In this document: positions 1-9,000 of the stretch, piece by piece | Layout of the letters: each line of letters starts with the position of its first letter | Position numbering within the stretch: position 1 is the stretch's first letter | Assembly (NCBI GenBank): GCA_043813605.1 | Contig: JBDRKX010000117.1 | Span: forward strand, 1-10,928 | Direction: 5' to 3' | DNA length: 10,928 bases | From: Elusimicrobiota bacterium | GTDB lineage: Bacteria; CG03; SLGR01; JBDRKX01 | Notes under the pieces: generated by a model | Told to the model about the DNA's origin: nothing | The model's input: only the letters and a program-made list of their open reading frames with translations | Database searches by the model: none | Position numbers and translations under genes: made by a program

Positions 1-3000
1 CCTGTCCAGAGCTGAAAATGTTTTTGCTGTTTCAACATTATTTTCAGCCATACCCATAACTGCTTCTATATCATCTGTCTTAATAAAACCGTCTTTATAA
101 AGGTTTCTTATCATAAACATAGCCCGGTCATCATTAATAAAGCCTTTATACAATCCGGTTCTCCTGTCATACTTTTCAAAGATCCCTCCGGTGATCGCTT
201 TTTTACCGGCGAAATCTACACCCGTGAGGACCTCGAACAATATTTCTGTATTTTCTTCCAGACTGTCAGCCCGTTCTTCAAGCCAGGCTGTTACCTCCTC
301 GATTTCAGCTTTATCAGTATAACCTGCAGCTCTGACCATTTCCGGGAAATCACCTTTCAATGCCTTGAACCGGTTTATAGAGTTATATATTTCTCTTATA
401 TCAAAGTTGCTGGATTCGTGTTCCGGCGCTTTATCCACCAGCATCAGCACATGTTTTCTATACCAGTGCACAAACTTGGCAAACGAGGTTTTTGTATCAA
501 AAGCCGCGTCATGATCAAAAACAACCGGTATTTCATTATCGTACAGATAACGGTTCTTTACATAAGCGTCATACTTGCCTATCAGCGTATTGAATACAAG
601 TATCGCGCTCCTGGCAGGATCAGCGTCCCTTTGAACAAGTTCATCCAGTGAATAGTCCTGGGCGCGCCTTGTTAAATAGTATCCTTCTTCACTCGTCCGG
701 ACAGTCTTCAGTCTCATAATCTCTCCGGCAGAGAGTTTTCTTATTTCGACCGTATTGACCCTTCCCGCACCTATCATGTATGCAAGCAGTTCACGCCTGT
801 AATCGTTCTTGTCTTTATGTCCCAGATAACCCTTGTCTTTTTCAAGATGTTTGGCAAGGAATATCCTGCCTGTTTCGTCACATACTTCAGGATACAGCCT
901 GTCTTCATCTACAGGTATGTAAGAATGTTCTTTTTCTGCGGACAAATCCCGGCTGAAACTTTTCCATGAAAGCCATACCAGGTACGGTATATTCACAATA
1001 TTCTGGAACACTACTCTTAATTCCACCGGGAGGACAAAGAATGTGATCGGGTTCATGATAAGCGCCCAGTAGACGAGATCCATTTTTGTAGTGCTCCATA
1101 TGAGTTTCCTGAATTTGCGCCAGCCGTCACTGAAAGTCTTCACAGAGAAGACCTTGCTGATATCGTCCTGCGCCGCAATCACTGTTGCCGGGTAATTCAA
1201 AAGATGCAACACCGGCATGTATGTAACCGCCATCATGATTATCTTCGATATCACGGCTTTCACTCCTGTTCCCGGGAACAGGTATTCCAGCCCGGCATAC
1301 CAGTAATGGAGCATAACACCGCCGAACGCCGCTATACGCAGGCCGCTTGTTATGAGACGCTTTCTGTCTGTTCTTCTGTAATCGCGGGCGATCTTTCTCT
1401 GCTGTACTTTCTGCGCCAGGTAATCTCCCAGAACACCGAGTCCGAATGCGGTAACGACCTTTGTAATGAGAGCATGGTCATCCAATAAGAGACTATACAG
1501 ATCCCAGAGCATACCGATAGTAGTGAGAGCAGGCGAAAAACTCAACAGGACGATGCCGGAAGCCAGCATGATTCCTAACGGCACCCGGAATCTTCTTAAC
1601 ACTCTGTACCATCCGGCCTCTTTATTCGACCGGAATTCTTTTACTATGTATTCAGTTTTTATCTCACTGTTTCTTCTTATCAGGGCAAATGCCATTAATC
1701 TCTGCTGGTCTTTTTCAGTAAAGACTTCCAGTCCGTATGTCATCCTGAGCGCATCCGCTGCATATAGGTAATCATATATCCTGTTAACTAGCTCCTCTTT
1801 GTTGCTGTATTTTGACAGTATCGTACTGTGATATTTCTTCTCTACTTTATGTTCTTCAAGTAATCCGAGCATATCTTCTCTATCCTCCGGTATCCGTTTT
1901 CCCCTGAGAAGAAGATAACTCATTAATACCAGAACGGCCGCGGCAAAAGGAGAAACAAATATTGATAAACCTATTGCCGTAGTAATCAATCCGGCAAATG
2001 GCATCTGTATACGGCCGTCTTTATAAAATTTGCGGTTGTATGCGAGATGCATCGATACGGCACCGGCAAGCCCGAGTATGCCTCCGAGTATGGGAGACGC
2101 AAGTATCGAGAACCCGAATACCGCGCTCATTCCCAGACCTATTTTAAGAACAGCCAGCCGCTCGCGCGCAAACTTCAGCGGATTGAATCCGATGTACTCG
2201 GGTTTCTGTTTCAGGTCGAAATAGAGTTTATAGTGCAGCATGGTAAAGACCAGTGTAGACAGAAGAACGGTTCCGGCTATAAGCCCCCGGATATCCAGGC
2301 CGAATGCTGTATTCAGAAAATACGAACCGACACCGATAAAGAGTCCCTGGAAGATAAGGTTTTCCAAAGCGGCGGCTATTTCAGGAACCTTTTGTATCAT
2401 CTTTTTCGGCCAGAGCGGGATAAGAGCGCGCGGCGCATGATAGAACCTCTCCAGTTCCCGCTTGAGTATCTTTCTGAAAGCGTTCGGGAGTTCTTCGAGG
2501 TTGTTGACCTGCACATTGCTATCGTAAGTCTTTTCGACATGCGTTATCCCGGCGCCTATACCGACACCTATGACTTTAACTCCCATCTTCCGCGCACGCT
2601 CAAGAGCTTCGGGCATACTTCCCGGACCGTTTCCTTCACCGTCGGTCAATACGATTATCATGTTATTGTCACCGCCGTAGCGCTGAATATCATCCAGAGC
2701 GGCGTTAAGCGCTGCCACATCGTGAGTAGATCCTATTTTACCTATGGTTTCCTGCATCTCCATGAGCAGTTCGTTCTTCTGCTGTATCGTATAGGTCATT
2801 GTCCTGAGACCCTTCTCTATCTGGTTCTTGAATCCCTTATGTAGGAACGTCTCTTCACCGAAAGCTCTTATATTGTAATCGATCTGCAGGTTCGTAAGAA
2901 TATCTATGAACCCTCTTGCAGCGCGAAGCGCATACTTCGCGCGTTCGCCGTCCATACTGCCGCTCGAATCCATAAGAAGCGTGATCTTCATCGAACGTTT

Positions 3001-6000
3001 TGTAGGAATAACCTTGCTCATCCAGAACCTGAGATTATAGAAACCGGCAGCGGCCGATTCCATGAACCGGTTCCAGTCTATTTCTTTACCGCGTGACTGG
3101 CCAGTGAGCCATTTAGGATTACTGTCTTCCCTTATCAGGTTAGCCATCTCTCCGCTGAGTGAATTCACCCACCTATTATCCTCGTATGCCAGTTCCTGGT
3201 AAAGGTTCTGCTGTTCCTTGATACGCTGCTGTTTTTCCATGTACCTTTCGAGCTTTTCTTTTGCTGTGAGCGGCCTTTCCGAATCGGCTTCCTTTCCGTC
3301 TTTCTTATCCTGTTTGCCCTCGCCGGCCTCTTCACCCGGATCAGCAGGCGTTTCTTCGCCCTTCTTGTCTTCCTCGAACTTATTCCATTCTGGAGAATCC
3401 TGTTTGGTCTTATCATCCATATCTCCCAGGTTTTTCTTCAGCTCTTCCTGCAGTTTCTGTTTAATATCTTCCGGAAGATCATCTAAGTCGACCTTTCCGT
3501 CGCCGGCATGGCCCTTCTTCCCCTGTTTCATCTGTTCCGGCTTGCCTTCCGGCTGTTCACCGGTTTCCTCGGATTTTGACTCTTCATCCATCATCTCTTC
3601 AGCGCGTTCTTCCAGCAGTTTCTTATAGACCGGTAATATCTTCTCGTTTATTATCTTTGCCGCTTTCCTGGAATGCGCCATTTTTACAAACCTTGACGGA
3701 TTCTTATCTGCGGTGACACTGCCGTCTTCGTTCTGCTGCATCGGTATTGTAGTCTCGACAGCTTCCAGTAAACCTTCCGTGACACTTTCCAGTTTTTCAT
3801 AAAGCGGGTCATCTTCTCCGATTATAGGCGGTATCTTGTGATTGTTACCCATGTAGACCAGGGCCCTGGCGAACCTTATATGCGCGGGTTTACCTTCACC
3901 CATAAGGGAATCCAGCCATTCCATATCATCCCACTTGTACTGCGCATCAATATATTTTCCGTATCCGGATCTCAGTAGTCTTGCCCAGAACTCGACCCTG
4001 GGATCTTCTACGGCATTAAAAAGGTAATAGGTCAGTGAATCGGCAAAAGGAAGCCATGCCTGATAAAAAGTACCGAACCGGTGCATGCTCTCATGGATAG
4101 CTGTACCGAGTATCGATTCCAGGCTGTTATTTACAAGCATCGGAAGCGGATACGTAAACACATCAGTTGCAGGATTATGGCTCCATACAAGACCCGGCCG
4201 CACTTTTATCGGTTTGCCTCCTAATGACTGAGCCATCATAGTGAACTGTTTGACCTTGTAATGCACTTCTTCCCTGAGTTCAGGATCGATGCTCATCTTC
4301 TCTATGATCTCTTCTGTTTTAGCCTTGATAGCTTTTTCTTCTTCAGGAGTCAGGCCGTATGCCATCTTCGGCGCTTTATCAGGCACCTTGGTAAGACCGC
4401 CCAGCTGACGGCGTATATTTTCCCGAAATTCTTTCGGGATACCCATTTTTTTCATCACATCTTCAGCCTGTTCCTTAAGTTTCTCTCCTTCTTCGGCGCT
4501 CAGAGCTGTTTTTTCTTCCGGTCCCGCAGTTATTTCTTTCACCCCATCCTGCGGTTTACGAGCAAGTTCCACCAGGCCCGTTTCTTTTGCGAACTCAATG
4601 GCATCCTGCATGGATATAAACAATTCATCCTGCTGTTTATACCCGTCGACATTTACCATCCTTTCGCCCCTGTCGACCATCTCCTGTACTTTATAACCCC
4701 TGCCTTCAACATACTTGTCTATCCGGTACGCCGGTATATTCACACCTTCAGGGACACCGAAAAGTACAGCTCCTTCGGGGTATATGCTCTTCTTGAATTT
4801 TTTAGTGCTGGCCCTGTAGATCTTTTCTCTTGCAGTCTGCAATACAGTCATGTCATCAAACAGGTCTTCTTCGCTCATAATACCTTTTATTTCCGTCCAT
4901 ACATCATTATCTTCATCAAACTCTTCTACCGTATATCCTATCCCCTGTTTATAACCTGTTACCCTGTACGCAGGAACTTTACTTATGCTGCCGTTATAAT
5001 AATCCTCGATACTTGCAGGAGGTTCGCCTATACCCCATACCCTGTCACCGGGTTTATATATACCTTTATAATCTTCATCGGTAAACATCCGCAAACCTTT
5101 CCAGAGGTACATAACTATATCCATTTCTTCTTCGGGGCTCTTCTCTTCAACCCACCGCTCTATGAACCTGTTGCGGAAAGGTACGGGAAGTTCGTTACGG
5201 CCCACTGACATGCGGCCCCGGCCCATTATCGGGTTCATGGTAGTGAACAGTCTGAAATCATCATGTATCTTCACCGCGGCACCCGTCACAGGATTAGTAA
5301 AATGACCCTCGTCTATCCATTCGCTTATCACTTCAACAAGTCCGGGATCCATGAAGTTCACTTCCTCAAGCACAAGGCACCAGCCGCGGGTCATCGCCTT
5401 TATCAGCACTCCCTCCTCGTATTCCAGACGGTGTGTCGACGGGTTCATCCGCCAGCCGCCCACAAGACCGCGCAGCGTGTTATCGCGCATGTTCTCAGAA
5501 TGATAAGCCCAGCCCAGAAGACGGCAGAGATACTCTATCCCGTCACTCTTACCGCTCGCCGCCTGGCCTATCAGAGATACAGGCCGGCGCGCATAACGGA
5601 ACCCTTTGAGCATGACACGCATATCGTCAAGCGTTGATTTAACATGCGCAAGGTCAATATCTTCGGCAAGCGGAACCTTTCCGGGATCCAGTACTTCCCG
5701 GAAAGGCCCCGTAGTCTTAAGCCCGTCCAGTTCAACATAACTGCCTTCATCTATATCTAATACGAGAGACGGCCTTTCCGGAGGCGCGCGGTCGAAATAT
5801 ATAAGGAACTGCGATTTCAGCGTTTCGAGGTTCTCGTTATCGCGCCTGAGTATTCCGGCGAATTCATCCCATGTCTCTTTCATGAATATATCTTTTATCG
5901 CTCCCGGAGCCCTTATGCCGCCTCTTTCTACTCTCTCGTTAACCGCCCTTAATATGTTCTCCAGGTTTCTCAATGTGAATCTGTAAGGCTGTTCTCCTTC

Positions 6001-9000
6001 AAAACCGTTAAAATTGTTCGCCTGCATCAGGGTATCAACCGCTTCTCTCAATTCTGCAAGGTTCTCAAAGTCCTCGAATCTCAGGCTGTCTACATCATGT
6101 CCTTTTTGCAGTATCTGCGCCGTTTCTCTTGCAGTATACGGGAACGTAAAATGCACTTCCATCCGGCTCTCAAATGCTTCGCTGAAAACGTTCCTGCCGA
6201 CATCGCTTGAAAGGTTACCTGCAGCGAATATCATACCTCCATTGTCTTTAGGCTTGATACGCCGGCCGTCCATTTCAAGGTAGCCTTTTGAAAGCAGACC
6301 GTACAGTATCCCGAGCGCCTCCTCCCTTGCAAGATTTATCTCGTCAAGAAGTATCCAGTGCCCGGCTTCCAAAGCTTCAAGGAACGGCGCTTTCTTGAAT
6401 TCCAGCACTATTCCGCCGCCTTCCAGAAGGTATCCCAGGCTCCTGACAAGTTCGCGGGTATATTCTTTCTGTGCGCCTTTTCTGTAGAGTATATCCTCAA
6501 CTATCTCTTTGGTTTCCGCTACGGATATCATCTTGTCCGCCTTCTGAGGCAAAAGGTCCGTTACGGCTTTCTGTATATCAAACCACTCTCCCGCTTCCAT
6601 CTTCTCTATTATGATCTGAAGCGCTGTCTCGTAATCTATATCAAGCCCTTTAGGCTGATGATGCCCTATGAGGTCAAGTTCATCCATAGAAGAGTTGACC
6701 TGTACGCGCGTAAACTTTTTACCTACAAGCGCGGCCGCATATCTTACAAGAGATGTTTTCCCGGTAGATGTCTGACCGAGCCATAGAAGCGTGTTCAGTT
6801 TTTCCCGGGATGATGCGAAGAACAGGTCTATTAACCGCCTTGCCGTTTCAGGTGATTCGACTATAGCGGCCTGGCTGAACTCTTCTTCGGATATCTCCCC
6901 AAGAATAGGCTGTTTCACGACGACATCGCCGTTTACAACACCTTCAACAACTTTTCTTTTTTTACTAATCCTTATCTTATAAGGAGACATACTGGTTACT
7001 TTTCTGTCAGCAAGCGCGCTGTCGAGTTCGCTCTCAAACCGGCCGCGGTTATACGCAATAACAGCTGATATCGTTTCATTATAACCCAGCTTGAGTATGT
7101 TTCTATAGAACGGTACGAGCATCTCAAATGCCGCATTACGGATCTTTACGGAAGTATTTGTAAGGTATCCTTCAAGTATATCTATTTTGGCAGGATCGAG
7201 TTTTTCGTTTTCTGCAAGTCTTATGTATATCTTACCCAATGCGCTTACTACCTCTTCATGCATATCAAACGGGCCGCGCCTCAACTTGTTCTCCAGTATA
7301 GATAGCTTTCTCTGGTCAAAGACCCCCCTGTCAATGAGTTCAAGATATATTTTCTCAAGGGCCCGGACTACATAGATCCTTACCATCACGGCAGAATCTT
7401 CAATATTATCTTCCAGAAGCGCCAATTTGCCGAGTTCCAGGTCCTCGTGTTCAAGGAGTTTCAGATAAAGGCTGCCTATAGCTTTAACGAGCTCTGAACG
7501 CACTTCCCCTTCTGAGGATTTAAAAAGGTCTTCCAGCAAGGTGATCTTTGCATGATCCAGCATAGCGTTACTAAGAAGTTCCATATATATTTCCGAGACA
7601 GCGATAACAGCCGCTTTTCTCACAGTATCTATATCATTAGTAAGCTTATCTTCCAGGAGAGCGAGTTTTGAAAGCACATGCTCTATTTCCCTTTCCCCGA
7701 TCAGCCTGAGATATTCTCTGCCGAGCGCCGCCGTCGATGCTTCGCGTATTACCCATTCGGGATGATCGAGTTTTTCTTCAAGTTCATCCTCGCTGATCCG
7801 GCCGTTACTGACCAGTTCGAAATACAGGTCCTGCAGAACACTTTCTGCCAGTCTACTGGTATGCCAGTTGGCGTTCTTTATCCTTAATTCAAGTTTTTCC
7901 AACTTATTCATATCGAATCTGCCGTCAGCAATGAGTCTCATATATATTATATGCAGCGCCCTGAATGCGGCTTCTCTTATATATGAAGATAAGAGCTCGT
8001 TTTCTTCATTGAGCATTGATTCGATCTTATCTATGCTCACCATATCCTGCATACCGTTTTGCAGAAGTTCCAGGTATACAACACCGAGTATATTGACCGC
8101 AGCTTCGCGTACCTGCCATTTCCCGTCAGAAAGTTTATTCTCCAGCGCAGTGAGCCAGTCACGCTCAAATGACCTGTTTTCAATATATTTCCTGTATATT
8201 CCGGTAATTGCATTAACAGCCGCCTGCCGGACATCCGTATCACTGTTTCCGAGCAATTCGATCAGTATATCGAGTTTGTCAGCATCCAGTGCTCCCTTTT
8301 CAAAAAGAATGGAATATATACTGTCAAGTGCTTTAATCACCTGCACTTTGACCCTGAAATTATTTTCCTTGCCGGCAATTATCTGCTCCAGGAGCAGTAG
8401 CTTTTCATTTATATTTTCCAGCTTTCCTTTCTCAATAAGACTTGAATATAATTTACCGAGACTTCTTGCAGCAGCAGCAGTGACCATGACCGGTTCACTA
8501 TCGAGCATCATTTCGATATTCTCCAGATCTTCCGCTTTAAATATACCCTGATCGATCATCTTAAGGTATATATCTGACAGCGCCATGACGACATCCGCGC
8601 GCGCCAGACCGTTCATATCGCCTGTGAGCATTGAGAGCAGTTTATTCAATACACTCCTGTCGAATTTATCTCCTTTTACTTCTATCTGTTTTTCATATAT
8701 CCTTCCCAGCGCTCTTACTGCAGCTTTTGCTATCGTATCCATAGCTTTGAGCTGTTCTTCCAGCTTTCCGAGATCAGGTTCTTTGCCGTTTGCGATCTGC
8801 AGTATATATCCCTCTGTCAGGTAATCTATGAGCCTCAACTTTTTATCGGCACTCCGTTCCTGTCCCCATATATCATGCTGGCGGTCTATTTCTATAAAAA
8901 ATTCAGGAAAAAGGTACGCAAGTTTCAGTATATTGGCTTCCCGAACTGATTCTGCCTTAAAATTAAGACCGACCGCTATTTTTTTTATTTCCGCTTTAGA

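Noticed and set aside
2072..2092. Short direct repeat ccgagtatg x2 at 12-nt spacing
   Set aside because: It encodes ILGG-ILGL in a TM helix and is too short to be meaningful.
2344..2364. ENLIFQG resembles the TEV protease site ENLYFQG (6 of 7 residues)
   Set aside because: It is better explained as the degenerate CPBP EExxFRG motif in a membrane helix. There is no tag or vector context, so the match is treated as coincidence.
2440..6870. Calling the gene eukaryotic midasin (MDN1/REA1), or cobS/cobT or norQ/norD
   Set aside because: The vWA is not terminal, HEAT arrays precede the AAA pair, and peptidase, membrane and kinase domains are fused in. The architecture matches none of these genes, so no symbol is assigned.
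8468..8480. (GCA)4 trinucleotide run
   Set aside because: It encodes AAAA in a HEAT helix and is too short to suggest a variable repeat.
8979..8986. T8 homopolymer (A8 on the coding strand) as a possible phase-variation or frameshift site
   Set aside because: It encodes I-K-K-I in frame and aligns with IEKI in the other cap copy. The frame is intact, with no further evidence of slippage.
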